A stretch of 64,000 bases of DNA, from the NCBI GenBank assembly GCA_963768655.1, contig CAVYIM010000003.1:512001-576000 (forward strand), given 5' to 3'. Under the pieces are notes generated by a model, which saw nothing but the letters and a program-made list of their open reading frames with translations, was not told the origin of the DNA and did not search any database. This stretch comes from an uncultured Chloroflexia bacterium. GTDB taxonomy: Bacteria > Chloroflexota > Limnocylindria > Limnocylindrales > CSP1-4. A program made the position numbers and the translations under genes. Shown piece by piece: positions 49,972-63,834 of this stretch (its first letter is position 1; each line of letters begins with the position of its first letter).

Positions 49972-50226
49972 ATGTCACGGGCCCGCGAACGCTGCCCTCG
50001 CTGCGGTAGGCGCCTCGTCAGCACGCGGTTCGACACCACGTTCCGCCTCCCCGACCGAAGCGAGCGTCTCTGCTTCGGGATCCCGGGTGGCCTGTGCGAA
50101 GACTGCCACCAGCTGTACATCGATCCCGAGCTGATCGAGCTGCTCGATCTGGGCCAGGGTCGCTGCGTCTTCGCCATCGAGAGCGACCTGGTCGTCCAGG
50201 AGCAGGCCTGGTCCAGCGCCGACTGA
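49972..50226 (+). CDS. Small YgiT-type Zn-finger protein
   Basis: CPRCG...IPGGLCEDCHQLYID. Confidence 0.7.
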   Translation: MSRARERCPRCGRRLVSTRFDTTFRLPDRSERLCFGIPGGLCEDCHQLYIDPELIELLDLGQGRCVFAIESDLVVQEQAWSSAD

Positions 50227-50273
50227 CAGGTACGGGCGCGCTCTCCCCTCAGGTCATTCGCCGCGGTCCCGCT

Positions 50274-50711
50274 GGGCTCATATCCCTGCCCGTGAGGCGG
50301 CCGGGGTGGTCGGGCTCATACCCCTGGCGAATGAACGCGACGTGTTCGGGCCCGTGAGGCGGCCGGGGTTGGCGGGCCCATATCCCTGGCGAATGAACGC
50401 GACGTGTTCGGGCCCGTGAGGACCGGCGGGCGGCCGGAGTGGTCGGGCCCATATCCCTGGCGAATGAACGCGACGTGTTCGGGCCCGTGGGGAGCGGCGG
50501 GCGGCCGGAGTGGTCGGGCTCATGTCCCTGGCGAATGAACGCGACGTGTTCGGGCCCGTGGGGAGCGGCGGGCGGCCGGAGTGGTCGGGCTCATGTCCCT
50601 GGCGAATGAACGCGACGTGTTCGGGCCCGTGAGGCGGCCGGGGTTGGCGGGCTCATATCCCTGGTGAATGAACGCGACGTGTTCGGGCCCGTGGGGAGCG
50701 GCGGGCGGCCG
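50274..50711. repeat. Intergenic array of six 46-bp palindromic units with two linker types
   Basis: Cores start at 50311, 50373, 50444, 50515, 50586 and 50648. Confidence 0.92.
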
Positions 50712-51755
50712 TCAGCGCGCGCCCGATTTGCGAACGTGGTCCGCGATCCACAGCGTGATGGCCGAGCGGCGTCGTAGCTCGCCCCCACCGTCGTGGCCCT
50801 TCAGCGTCGCATCCAGCTCCAGCAGGCCGGCCAGCGCGGCGTCCAGCTCGGGCAGCGTCCATGTCCGCGCCTGGTTGGCAAGCATCTCGGCCCGGTACGG
50901 GTTGAGCTTGAGCGTCCGCACGAGAGTGGCAGCGGGCGTCCCCGCGGCCAGGAGGTCGGCGATCTGGATCAACTCGCGCAAGCGGCGATGGAGGTGGACG
51001 ATCAGGACGGGGGAGGGAACGTCGTCCAGGCGATCCGCCAGCTCGGCGGCCTCGGCCGCGTGGCGCATGCCGACGGCGTCGAGGAAGGCCCAGGTCGAGC
51101 CGGGAACGGCGTCGGCGACGAGAGCCCTGACATCCTCGGGGCCGATCTGGCCGTCGAGGCGGTAGAGGGCCAGCTTCTCCAGTTCCGACACGGCCAGCTC
51201 ACCCTGGCGGCGACGATCGACGTCGCGCTCGCGGACGAACGCGCCGACGCGTTCCGCCAGCAGCGCGGCCGCCGGGCCGGTGATGCGGATGCCGCGCTCC
51301 CCTGCGCGATCGGCGATCCAGCGCGCCATGCCCTCGCGGGTTGGGGCTTTGAATTCGCGGACGTCGCCGCCGGCCGCGGCCACCGCGTTCCGGAGCGCTT
51401 CCAGCGAGGCGGGGCGCCGGGCGGTGCCGTCCACCAGGTCCAGGAACGCCAGGCCGTTGCCGTCCGCCACGGCGTCGAAGACCGCCACGAGGCGAGCCGC
51501 CAGTGGCTTGTTCACGATGAGCGGCGCCGGTTCGGCCACGACCACCAGCGTGCCGCCGCCGAACATGGTGGCCGTGGCCACTTTCTCGGCAATCTCGTCA
51601 GCGGAGGTGGAGCTGCCGGAGAGGCGGATTCGTTCGAGCGCGGGGCCGCCGCCCGCCAGCCGAGCGGCCAGCGCGTCGGACCCGCGGGCGACGCTGTACG
51701 AATCGTCGCCCCAGTAGTAGCCGAGCGGCGCAGGCCGCGTGGTCGGTGCGGCCAC
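50712..51755 (-). CDS. holA: DNA polymerase III delta subunit
   Basis: YYWGDD, TMFGGG.LVVV, SELEKLALY, ELDATLKG; downstream of comEC. Confidence 0.88.
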   Translation of the reverse strand: MAAPTTRPAPLGYYWGDDSYSVARGSDALAARLAGGGPALERIRLSGSSTSADEIAEKVATATMFGGGTLVVVAEPAPLIVNKPLAARLVAVFDAVADGNGLAFLDLVDGTARRPASLEALRNAVAAAGGDVREFKAPTREGMARWIADRAGERGIRITGPAAALLAERVGAFVRERDVDRRRQGELAVSELEKLALYRLDGQIGPEDVRALVADAVPGSTWAFLDAVGMRHAAEAAELADRLDDVPSPVLIVHLHRRLRELIQIADLLAAGTPAATLVRTLKLNPYRAEMLANQARTWTLPELDAALAGLLELDATLKGHDGGGELRRRSAITLWIADHVRKSGAR

Positions 51756-51756
51756 G

Positions 51757-52452
51757 TCAGGTCTCCCGAGCGAGGAGCGGCGCGGCGGGCGGCGCGGGCG
51801 GCGCGAGCGGTGGCGCGGGATGCCGCGCAGGATGCCGCGCGAGTCGCAGGGCCCGGCCCGTCCACTTGAGGCGGCGCATCTCTGCCGGCGCGACGCCCAC
51901 GAATTCGCATACCCGAGCCTCCAACGCCTCCGCCCGCTGCCGGACGGCAGCCAGCGTCTCGGGCGTCCATGTCCCTCGGGCTTTCTCGGCGCGCACTTCG
52001 GGCGGGTAGCGGCGCTCCCACGACGCGAACCGCTCAGCCATCGACTCGACCTTCTGCCCGGCGCGCTTGTCCGCATAGGCGACGATCAGGGCCTCACTCG
52101 ATGCGCCGGCGAACCAGCGGTCGAACCAGGCGCCGTCGGCCAGGCGCGTCGCCGGATGACCGGCGATCGCCTCGCCGAGCTCCGGATGGCCGCGTCGGGC
52201 CAGCCATTCGGCCGAGCCGGCGCCGTGGGCCAGGTCCGCCACCGACGGTCGCGCGGCCGGCAGCTTGTCGACGTCATGCAGGAGAGCGGCCGCTTCCACG
52301 AGGCGGCGATCGAGCGATCGCCCAGCCGAAACCGCCCGCCACGCCAGCCAGCCCGCCGTCTCGGCCACGGCCCGTGAGTGACGGAGGTGCCAGGCCGGCG
52401 GCTCGAGCGAGAGCAGCAGGGCCGCGCTTTCTCGACGGCTCGGGACTGACAT
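51757..52452 (-). CDS. HD-domain protein
   Basis: RHSRAVA, ALLHDVDK, H, VAYADKR. Confidence 0.88.
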   Translation of the reverse strand: MSVPSRRESAALLLSLEPPAWHLRHSRAVAETAGWLAWRAVSAGRSLDRRLVEAAALLHDVDKLPAARPSVADLAHGAGSAEWLARRGHPELGEAIAGHPATRLADGAWFDRWFAGASSEALIVAYADKRAGQKVESMAERFASWERRYPPEVRAEKARGTWTPETLAAVRQRAEALEARVCEFVGVAPAEMRRLKWTGRALRLARHPARHPAPPLAPPAPPAAPLLARET

Positions 52453-55013
52453 AGATCGAATTGTACAGGAGCCCGGGCGGGGTGGAGGGGCCCACGCCCG
52501 CACCCACGCCGGCTCCGGCGGCCAGCGCCGAGCGCCCCTCCGCAGGTCGCCGGCCGTAATCGGAGCGGGCAGACGAGACGGTCACCGCCGCGGCGTCCAG
52601 CGTGGTCTCGACCGTGCCGACCTGATCGGTCCGCAGAACCGTTTGGGCGTGGGTTCGCAGTCGGGCCATCGTCGAAGGTGCCGGATGTCCGTACGGGTTC
52701 CCGGCCCCGACCGAAACGACCGCCACGCCAGGCCGAAGGGCCGCCAGCAGATCGTCGGAGGACGCGGTCGCGCTGCCGTGGTGGGCGACCTTGAGCATGT
52801 CGACGGTCGGCAGCCCGCGTCCCAGCAGGATGGGGTCGACGTCGTCCTCGGCGTCGCCCGTGAGCAGGAAGCGGCGGTTCTCGTATTCGCCGAGCAGGAC
52901 GATCGAGGCGTCATTGGTCTTTCGATTGTCCGTCGCGGTGGGGTCGAGACAGGCCGGCCGCACCGTTCCGTCGTCGGGCCACAACACGCGCAGCGTGGCG
53001 TCGTCGAGTCGCAGCGCGTCGCCCGTCCGCAGACGCTCGGGCCTCAGGCCGTGGGCGGTCAGCGCGTCGAGCCAGGCGCGGTAGGCGGGCGTGGAGACCG
53101 ACCAGCCCGACTCGAACGCCCGCCCGACCCGGTACTTGTCGACGACGGTCACCAGGCCGCTGACATGGTCGTCGTGCGGGTGCGTCAGGACGATCGCGTC
53201 GAGCCGTCGATCCCAGGCCGGCACGTACCGATCCAGGACGTTGAGTAGGAGGCTGCCGTCGGGGCCGCCGTCTATCAGGATCCGGCCGCCGTGATCGCCT
53301 TCGAGGAGGATCGCGTCGCCCTGGCCGACATCCAGGACGATCACGTGGACGGCGCCGTCGGGCCGCGACGCGACCACGCAGCCGGCCAGGGCGACGACGA
53401 AGGCGGCCGCGACGAAGACTCGGCGGTGGTTGGGCCGGCGGGCCGGCTTTCCAGCGTCCCCGGCGCGGCCGGCACGCGCCGAGGGGCCGGTACACCGGGT
53501 CGGCCGATCGGCCTTGCCGGACGAGGGCGCGCGGAGCTGTCGATGGAGCAAACACAGCGCCAGCCCGGCCGCGGTCGCGGCCAGGGCGTTCGCCGGGAAG
53601 GCAAGCGTCTCATTCGCGCCGGGAACCGAGGCGGCCACGTGCACCACCGAGATCAGCCCCGCCAGTAGTGCCCACGCCGGGAGTGCCAGAAGGCCGCACA
53701 GCCAGGATGGCGCTCCAAGCGCGCCCAGCCCGCCCGCCACGAACGCCAGGGCGCCCGCCGCCATGGCCGGGGGAACGAGTGGGACCGCGACCAGGTTCGC
53801 CGCCGGGGCGATGAGGGCCAGCCGGCCGAAGGTCAGAAGGGCGATCGGCAGTGTTGCCGCCTGGGCTGCCAGCGAGACCCCCAGGCTTTCGCGCAGAGGA
53901 CCGGGCAGCCAGGGAGCGGCCGCCTCCAGGCGGCGAGTGAGTGGCGTCGCCCATGCCACCAGCCCGGCCGTGGCCGCCGCCGAGAGCTGGAACCCTGCGT
54001 CGCCGACCGTGCCGGGTTCGGCGACCACCATCGCGGCGACGGCCCACGCGAGGCCGACCATCGCCCTCGAGCCGCGCCCGCTCTCGACGGCGAGAAGCGC
54101 CACCGCCGCCATCGAAGCGGCTCGAATTCACCGAAGGTGACGCGCCGGCGAACAGCGTGTAGGCCACGATCGCGGCAAGCGTGACGACGGCCCGTCGGCG
54201 GCGGCCGACGAGAGAGCCCAGGAGCGCCGCCACGGTCGCAGCCACGATGGCGATGTTCCAGCCGGAGATGGCGACGATGTGGCTGACGCCGGCGGTCGTG
54301 AAGTCCGCCGCCACCTCCTTGTCCACGCGGTCGCGGAGCCCGATCAGGATGGCGGCGGCGAGCCCGCCCTCGGGCTCGGGCAGGACACGCTGGAGCGCGT
54401 CGCCCGAGGCCTGGCGGAAGCCTTCGAGGCGCCCCGCCGGTGAGTCGTCGTGAGCGAGAAGCGCCACTTCTGTCGCCTCGCACGAGGCGGTGATGCCCTG
54501 CGACGCCAGCCAGTCGTCGTAAGCGCTCTGAGTCAGCGGCCGGATACGGCCGGACCAGCTGACGACGTCGCCGCCGATGAGCCGTGGATACGCCGGCAGG
54601 TTGGCCGAGCAGGTGAGTGGCGGCGCGGCGATCTCGATCGTGGCGATCTGGACGCCTTTGGTCGCATGCGCGCCGATCACGGTCGCCTGCCACGTGTCCG
54701 TCCCGGCGGGGAGTGGCGCCGTTCCGGGCGATCCGCCGGCTGCCCCGCCCAGGGCCGCGCCGGCCGCAAGGCGAGCGGCCACGATCGCCGCCCCGAGCGC
54801 GGCAACGGCCAATCTCGGCGCCCAGGCCGGCCGGCGCGCCAATCCGCATACACACGCAGCCGCGAGGATCGCCGCCGAGATACTGGCGGCTGCCACGGTC
54901 GGCGCCGCGTCGGGCGCAATCGCTCCTTGCGCAACGGCCGTGGCCCCGACGCCGACGCCCGCGCCCGCAGCCGCAGTCACGCCGACCGCCAGCCACGCCG
55001 GCCGGGGGAGCAT
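52274..55013 (-). CDS. comEC: DNA uptake protein ComEC, with a +1 frameshift at ~54126
   Basis: GVSHIVAISGWNI, GASPSV|IRAASM (after removing one base), GFQLS; MBL domain LDVGQGD, LTHPHDDH, LTGDAE, KVAHHGS, YGHP. Confidence 0.92.
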
Positions 55014-55016
55014 CGC

Positions 55017-55700
55017 TCAGCCGACCGTGACCAGGGCGCGGAACTTGGCGAGTGTGGACGCGGCCACGATCTTGCGGGTCACGAGATCGTCGATGCTGCG
55101 GAATGGCTGCTGCTCGCGGGCGGCGATGATCTTCTGCGCCGTCACCGGCCCGACGCCAGGCAGCGTGTCGAGCTGTTCGGCCGTCGCCGTATTGAGGTTG
55201 ATCAGTCCCGCGGTCGCCGCCTGGCTCCCGGCCGCGCCGGGCGACGTCCCGCCCGCTTCTCCGCGTCTGGGCACGTGGATCAGCTGGGCATCCACGAGCT
55301 TCGCCGCCAGGTTCAGCTGCGCCTCCGCCATGCGCGGGTCCACGTCCGCGGAGTACCCACCCGCGGCCTTGATCGCGTCCGCGACCCTCGACCCGATCGG
55401 AAGGGAGTAGACGCCCGGACTCAGTACCGCCCCGGACACCTCCACGACCAGCATCGCCTGCGTGGCCGCCGGCGCGGTCGACGCGCCGCTGCCGCCGGTA
55501 TCGCCGGCGCCCGAAACCATCTCCACCTGACCGCCGCCCTGTCCCGCGACGAGCAGCGCCGCGCCGACGGAAACGACCACCAGCACACCGACCGCGGCCA
55601 GCAGCAGCCGCGAGGCGTCGAGGCGCAATCGCTGGGGAGGCGGTTCGGGCGGGGCTGTCTCCGGCGTTTCGATCGCCCGCCAGGGCGCGCTCGTGTCCAT
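55017..55700 (-). CDS. comEA: ComEA DNA-binding protein
   Basis: TM helix, SLBB (VSGAV..PGVY), HhH (INLNTATAEQLDTLPGVG). Confidence 0.93.
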   Translation of the reverse strand: MDTSAPWRAIETPETAPPEPPPQRLRLDASRLLLAAVGVLVVVSVGAALLVAGQGGGQVEMVSGAGDTGGSGASTAPAATQAMLVVEVSGAVLSPGVYSLPIGSRVADAIKAAGGYSADVDPRMAEAQLNLAAKLVDAQLIHVPRRGEAGGTSPGAAGSQAATAGLINLNTATAEQLDTLPGVGPVTAQKIIAAREQQPFRSIDDLVTRKIVAASTLAKFRALVTVG

Positions 55701-55925
55701 CGGCATCTCCGACTGCGTGCTCGGCGGGGTTCGCCGCAAACACTATCGGAGGCCGATCACCCTGCGCTTATCGCGCGCTTATCGCGCGCCCGGCAGCCGG
55801 GGCATTCCTCGTCGGCTCGGAGCTGGGGAAAGGATCGACCTTCCGGAGTCCGTCTCCAGCCCGGTCGTTCGTGTCCCGCCGTTCGTCTCCCGCCGAGCAC
55901 GGCGAGTCTGGCGAGCCAGACTTCG

Positions 55926-58475
<2,550 letters not shown>

Positions 58476-59129
58476 GGTGGACCTCTCAGTGGCTGGTTCG
58501 GGCCGCGGCGACCCTCCGGATCTGCCGCCCGAGTGAGGCTTCAGTTTATCCGAGGGACCCGCCACGCGGGATCAGCGCGCCGCCGCGGACGGCGCCGTGG
58601 CAGCCATGCCCGACGGCGCCGGACGGCTTCCCGCCGGCCCTGGCTCGGCAGCATCGGACGGCTCCCCGTCGGGCCCTGGCTCGCCGCGCCGGACGGGTCC
58701 CTGATAGCCGATCTGGACAAATGCAAATCCCCGTAGCACGAGTCCAGGACCGAGCATTCGAACGGCACGTCCCAGTGCTGGATTGGGCTCTGGCCCGCCC
58801 CGTTTCGCGCTCAATCTGGCCTGCCGGAGGCCCGAACGGCCGATCCCTGGCCCGGAGATGAGCCTGCCCTGCCTCGCGCACCCGGACGATCTGATCTCGC
58901 GCTACCCCCGTGAAGACCAACAGGCGCCACGCGGCGGAGCACGCAACTCTGGTTCACAGCAGGTTCAGGCTCGACGGCCGGCAACTACGGGGGTGGCTGA
59001 TGAACCCGACCGAGCCAACGACGGGGCTGGCATTCTGGACAAATTCAAGCATCGCGTCGACCCGGAGATCCGGACACTCCTGCTACACATCGGGCGAGAC
59101 GAGTAAGAGGCCTGAAGGAGGGAAGGCGC

Positions 59130-59593
59130 ATGAACTCGAGGTTCGCCACAATCGTCGAATCCTTGGAGCCGGCATTCCAGGCGCTCATTCAGATGGCGCC
59201 GGTGTGCGTGGAGCGGCTACCTAAATCAACGCCGATGCGGGGGATCTACTTGTTCTCGGACGGTGCCAAACATCTATACGTTGGGCGTAGCGACAACATC
59301 CGGCGGCGAGTTCGCCTTCACTGCCGCCCCGGCAGCCAGCACAGGCGACCTTTGCCTTTCGAATGGCGCGACGCGAGACCGGCCATATCGAGGCGGCCTA
59401 CACGGCTACGGGCTCCCGCAGGGCCATTGTCAACGATGCCGTGTTCGGCGCCGCGTTCCTCGCCTGCAAGGCGCGGATCAGATCCTTGGACCTGCGCTAT
59501 GTGGAGGAGAGCGACCCCACTCGACAGGCCCTGCTAGAGATCTACGCGGCCACGGTCCTTGAGACGCCACTCAACGATTTCGAGAATCACTGA
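59130..59593 (+). CDS. GIY-YIG nuclease-like protein, with a -1 frameshift at ~59343
   Basis: GIYLF....LYVGRS.NIRRRV..H. One added base continues the frame as ATFAFRMARRETG...QALLEIYA....TPLNDFENH. Confidence 0.8.
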
Positions 59594-59679
59594 GCAGCCA
59601 CGCTAGCGCTTCGGCCCGGACCTCGCCTTGGGAACCGATCGCGACTTCGCCTTGGGCCGATATGTCTTTGACATTTGGG

Positions 59680-60486
59680 TCATGCCCCCAAGATGTCGCG
59701 CCTGGCGACCGCGAACACGCCGATTGCCGTCAGGATGACCGACGGCACCGCGAGCGCCGCGTAGCGCCAGAGCTCAGTTGCGTGGTCGAGCGGGTTGCCG
59801 CCGAATGCCCAGTCCCAGGGCGAGATGTGTCGCCACGGCGCGAGCACGCTGCTCAACTGGAACAGGGAGGAGACGATCAAACCGACGAGGGCCACGCCGA
59901 GACCGATCGCCAGGACCAGGGAAGGGCGCCCGCGGATGCCGGCGACGGCAACGGCGAGGCTCCCGTGGAACGCGGCGAGCAGACCGGACAACACGATCGT
60001 GGAGAGGACAAATCCGCTGTCGATGCGAAGATCGAAGGCCGCGTCGCTGGCGAGCTGAGCGAGCAGCAGGACGATTGTGATAGCGGCCAGGGCGATCAGG
60101 GCTGCGACCACGCGACCGACCAGGACGGCCCGTCGGGAGACGGGCTGGGCGAGATACAGCTCCATTCGGCCGCTGGCCTCCTCGCCGGCAGTCTGTCCGT
60201 TCACGAACAGCACCGCCGCAGCGGCGAGCAGGAGTGGCACGAAGAAGTCATAAAGGTTGCCTCGCAGGAACCCTGCTGGGGTTCCGAAGTCCTGGAGGCC
60301 GAATGCCTGGACGACACCCGAGGGCAACTGATCCATTGCCTGAGAGATGCCCGACGAACCCTTGAACGCTGGCCAGACGGAGATCGTGCCGGCGACCAAG
60401 GCCGCCAGCCCGATGGACCACCACAATGTCGCCCGCCGCATGGCGCGAAGCGGTCCGGCGACGAGTTCGAGCATCCGCGCGTTCAT
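59680..60486 (-). CDS. ABC-2 transporter permease
   Basis: AGEEASGRMELYLAQPVSR, ISPWDW, RRDI; TM helices. Confidence 0.88.
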   Translation of the reverse strand: MNARMLELVAGPLRAMRRATLWWSIGLAALVAGTISVWPAFKGSSGISQAMDQLPSGVVQAFGLQDFGTPAGFLRGNLYDFFVPLLLAAAAVLFVNGQTAGEEASGRMELYLAQPVSRRAVLVGRVVAALIALAAITIVLLLAQLASDAAFDLRIDSGFVLSTIVLSGLLAAFHGSLAVAVAGIRGRPSLVLAIGLGVALVGLIVSSLFQLSSVLAPWRHISPWDWAFGGNPLDHATELWRYAALAVPSVILTAIGVFAVARRDILGA

Positions 60487-61385
60487 ACCGTCTCACCGTC
60501 GTAGAGGTCGAGGAATGCCTCTTCCAGATCTGGTTCCTCGATCAGCATCGAACCGACCTGATGGCGGGCGAGCAGGCCAAGCAGTGGCTGGATAGAGCCC
60601 GAGAGAGTCGCCGTGAAGCGATGTTCGTCGACGACCGGGTCAACCATGTCCGGCAGGGCTTTGAGTTCGGCCTCCGGCGGGTCGTCTTCGAACCAGACCT
60701 CGATGCGCTGGCGGGCACGCCCGCGAAGTTCCGCCACAGTCCCCTGTGCCACGAGCTTGCCGGCCCGCAGGATAGCCACGCGATCGGCCGCCCTCTGGAC
60801 TTCGCTCAGCGAATGAGAGGAGAGGAAGACCGTCGCGCCGGCCGCGCGCGCATCCCGCACCATCGCCAGAAACTCGCGCTGCATCAATGGATCCAGACCG
60901 ATGGTCGGCTCATCGAGGACGATCAACTCGGCGTCGAAGAGGAACGCGAGCAGGAGGGCGACCTTGCGCCGATTGCCAGTCGAGAGGTCGCGCAAGTGAC
61001 GGCGGAGATCGAGCCGCAGTCGCTCGGCGAGCTGGTCGCGACGTGCCGGATCGAAGCCGCCCCGCGATCGGCCGATGCTCGCGACGAACTCCATCCCGGA
61101 TAGCCGGTCGGGCAGTCTCAGCTCGCCGGGCACATAGGTGAGCCTGCGCCGCAGCGCGACCCCGTCGCGGGTGGCATCGAGGCCGAAGGCGCCGATCCTG
61201 CCCGCGGTGGGCAGCAAGAGGCCGAGCAGGCAGCGGATCGTGGTGGTCTTGCCCGAACCGTTGGGACCGAGAAATCCGAAGACCTCGCCCCGGGCGACTC
61301 GCAGGTCGATCCCGCGAACGGCCTCGACCTTTCCGTAGTGCTTCACAAGGCCGTCGATCTGGACGACCGACTCCGCTCCATTCAT
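60483..61385 (-). CDS. ABC transporter ATP-binding protein
   Basis: GPNGSGKTT, LSTGNRRKV, LDEPT, SSH. Confidence 0.93.
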   Translation of the reverse strand: MNGAESVVQIDGLVKHYGKVEAVRGIDLRVARGEVFGFLGPNGSGKTTTIRCLLGLLLPTAGRIGAFGLDATRDGVALRRRLTYVPGELRLPDRLSGMEFVASIGRSRGGFDPARRDQLAERLRLDLRRHLRDLSTGNRRKVALLLAFLFDAELIVLDEPTIGLDPLMQREFLAMVRDARAAGATVFLSSHSLSEVQRAADRVAILRAGKLVAQGTVAELRGRARQRIEVWFEDDPPEAELKALPDMVDPVVDEHRFTATLSGSIQPLLGLLARHQVGSMLIEEPDLEEAFLDLYDGETV

Positions 61386-63412
61386 CGGTCCTTCGCTCCT
61401 GCAGCGATCCGGCTCGACAGGAGGGTTTGAAGCTCATCCCGCACTGCAGTAGCCGAGAAGATGGTCAGCCGATCCCCGGTCTCCAACACAACATCGCCGC
61501 GAGGCACGATCAACCGATCACCCCGCGCGATCGACACGAGCACGCTGTCGCGTGGCCACTTGGTGTCCGCGACGCGCTTTCCGGCAAGGACCGATCCGGC
61601 TGTGATTTCAGCTTCGAGCATCGACCCCGTCGATCCGACCGACCGCACCTGGCGGACGTTGGCTGCTAGGGCGCGGCGGTACTCCGCCATCGCATCGCGC
61701 GCCGAGAGAACGCCAGCGAGCCGATCATCCGCGACGACCGGAGCCCAAGAGCGATGCCCGTCGGCGAGAACTCCGAGCGCGTCGTCCAGCGAGTCGTCGG
61801 CGGAGATCACAGCTCCGTCCAGCGCCAGCCCGCCTACTTTCGCTGTCGGATCGGCCGCTTCGAGTACGGCCAGGTCGACGGTTCCCCGAACTGCGCCGTG
61901 CCGGTCGACCACGGGCGCTCCGGGTACGGCGGCGGTTACGAGCCTGGCAATCGCTTCAGCCACCGTCAGATCCACGCTGAGGACCGCTCGCGCCGCCCGT
62001 GCTGCGTCGCCCGCTGGGATTGCCGCCATGAGCGGGAGGGCGAACCGGAACCGGTGGGCGGGCAATTCGGCGCGGCTCCGGATCTGAGAGGCATAGATCG
62101 AGCGGTCGCCCACGATCAGGGTGGCGATCCCGATCGCGAGCATCGCCGGGGCGAGCATCGCCAGGCTGTCGGTCATCTCGGCGACCATCAGCATCACCGC
62201 GAGAGGAGCCCTTGCCACGCTCCCGAACAGAGCCATCATCGCCACGATGACGAAGGGCGACGGATCAACCGGAACCCCCGGCGCGACCGGTTCGAGCAGT
62301 CTCCAGATCCCGGCGCCGAGCAGTCCGCCGATGACCATTCCCGGACCGAAGATGCCGCCGGAGCCGCCTGAGCCGATCGAGAGCGAGGTCGCCAGGATCT
62401 TGGCGAACGGCAGCGCCAGGATCACCCACAACGGCAGGCCGAGAAGCGTCGTCCGGTCGAATCCCGCCTGGACCCAGCCGTAGCCGGTGCCCAACACACC
62501 CGGCAGCGCGAGGCCAAGGCAGCCAACGGCGAAGCCGGCGATGGCGGGACGAAGCTCGCGTGGAAGCTGCCAGCGCTTGAACCAGCGGGTCAGCCCGTAG
62601 AAGCTCCCGATGTAGAGCCGCCCGACCACCCCGCACGCCAGGCCGATCAGTGAGTAGTAGGCGAGCTGGCGCGGATCGGTGAACCCGGCCCCGGCCACAG
62701 GGCCGAATATCGGGTTGAAGCTGATGATCGCGCCGAAGATCGAGAAGGCGACGATCGAGCCGACGAAAGCCGGCACCAGGGCATCCGACTCCACGTCGTC
62801 GCGGTAAGGGATCTCGACGGCGAGGACCGCGCCGCCGAGCGGTGCGCGGAAGATCGCCCCGATGCCGGCGCCGATGCCTGTGCTCACCGCGATCCGAGCA
62901 TCCCGGGCGTCGAGATCGAGAACCCGCGCCAGTAACGAACCGAACCCGGCGCCGATCTGCGCCGTCGGGCCCTCGCGGCCACCGGAGCCGCCGGAACCTA
63001 TCGTGATGGCTGATGCGACCAGCTTGATCAGCGGAATCCGGGCGCGGATGCGGCGCGGCCCATGGTGGAAAGCGGCGATGGCCGCGTCGGTGCCGTGCCC
63101 CTCGGCCTCGGGCGCGAGCCTGAAGACGACGATCCCGGATATGAGGCCGCCGAGGGCAACGACGAGCGGGATCGCCCACGGCCGCGCGGCGTCGGTGATG
63201 GGCCGAGCGCCCTCTCCGAGCGGTGATGCGGGCGTGAACCCGGCCAGCGTGCCGAGGAAGAACCGCGTACCGAGGTCCAGCGCTACGAAGAAAAGGGCCG
63301 CGCCCAGGCCGCTTATCACGCCGATGATCGCGCCGAGCACGATCCATTTGCGCAGATAGGCCGTCGAGCGGACGCGAAGGCGAACCGACCGCAGAAGCGC
63401 TGCGCCGTTCAC
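61382..63412 (-). CDS. ClC chloride channel/antiporter with CBS pair and TrkA-C domain
   Basis: GGSGGREGP, GGSGGIFGP, CBS-like segment, and ARGDRLIVPRGDVVLETGDRL. Confidence 0.9.
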   Translation of the reverse strand: MNGAALLRSVRLRVRSTAYLRKWIVLGAIIGVISGLGAALFFVALDLGTRFFLGTLAGFTPASPLGEGARPITDAARPWAIPLVVALGGLISGIVVFRLAPEAEGHGTDAAIAAFHHGPRRIRARIPLIKLVASAITIGSGGSGGREGPTAQIGAGFGSLLARVLDLDARDARIAVSTGIGAGIGAIFRAPLGGAVLAVEIPYRDDVESDALVPAFVGSIVAFSIFGAIISFNPIFGPVAGAGFTDPRQLAYYSLIGLACGVVGRLYIGSFYGLTRWFKRWQLPRELRPAIAGFAVGCLGLALPGVLGTGYGWVQAGFDRTTLLGLPLWVILALPFAKILATSLSIGSGGSGGIFGPGMVIGGLLGAGIWRLLEPVAPGVPVDPSPFVIVAMMALFGSVARAPLAVMLMVAEMTDSLAMLAPAMLAIGIATLIVGDRSIYASQIRSRAELPAHRFRFALPLMAAIPAGDAARAARAVLSVDLTVAEAIARLVTAAVPGAPVVDRHGAVRGTVDLAVLEAADPTAKVGGLALDGAVISADDSLDDALGVLADGHRSWAPVVADDRLAGVLSARDAMAEYRRALAANVRQVRSVGSTGSMLEAEITAGSVLAGKRVADTKWPRDSVLVSIARGDRLIVPRGDVVLETGDRLTIFSATAVRDELQTLLSSRIAAGAKDR

Positions 63413-63834
63413 GCGAAGGGCTCGAACGACTGTGCCAGCTTGGCGATCGCTTCCGCCTCGATGGGCGTAACGGCCGCCGACGCGAGCACGGCAGCGAGGT
63501 CACGGCTGCGCCGCTCCAGGATACGGGTACGCAGCTCGCGGCCCGCCTCGGTCAATCGAACGCAAACCACGCGTTTGTCGAGGTCGTCTTTGTCGGTCCG
63601 CACGAGGCCGCGCGCTTTGAGGCGCGAGACGACACGACTCGCCGGCGAGGCATGGGCTCCGACGCGACTGGCGATCTCCCCAACGGCTGCGCCATCGCCG
63701 TCCTCACCGACAACGAACAAGACGCGCCACTGCATGAATGTGAGTTCGGAATCAGTGGCAGCTATCGCTCGGGCGGTGATGGCGACTGCGCCCACGACCA
63801 GGCGTTCGAGCACGGCCACCAGAGGATCTCGCAT
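63409..63834 (-). CDS. MarR-family regulator
   Basis: LTFMQWRVL, SRVVSRLKARGLV, DKRVVCVRLTEAG; coupled to the ClC gene. Confidence 0.9.
   Translation of the reverse strand: MRDPLVAVLERLVVGAVAITARAIAATDSELTFMQWRVLFVVGEDGDGAAVGEIASRVGAHASPASRVVSRLKARGLVRTDKDDLDKRVVCVRLTEAGRELRTRILERRSRDLAAVLASAAVTPIEAEAIAKLAQSFEPFA

Noticed and set aside
50311-50693. CRISPR array
   Set aside because: The linkers are short, related or identical to each other rather than unique spacers, and there are no cas genes in the window.
52274-55013. Loss of competence through comEC pseudogenisation, or programmed frameshifting
   Set aside because: A single indel with no other decay and no slippery run; a sequencing error is more likely.
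58476-58720. T-box riboswitch upstream of leuS
   Set aside because: No convincing T-box antiterminator consensus on the minus strand.
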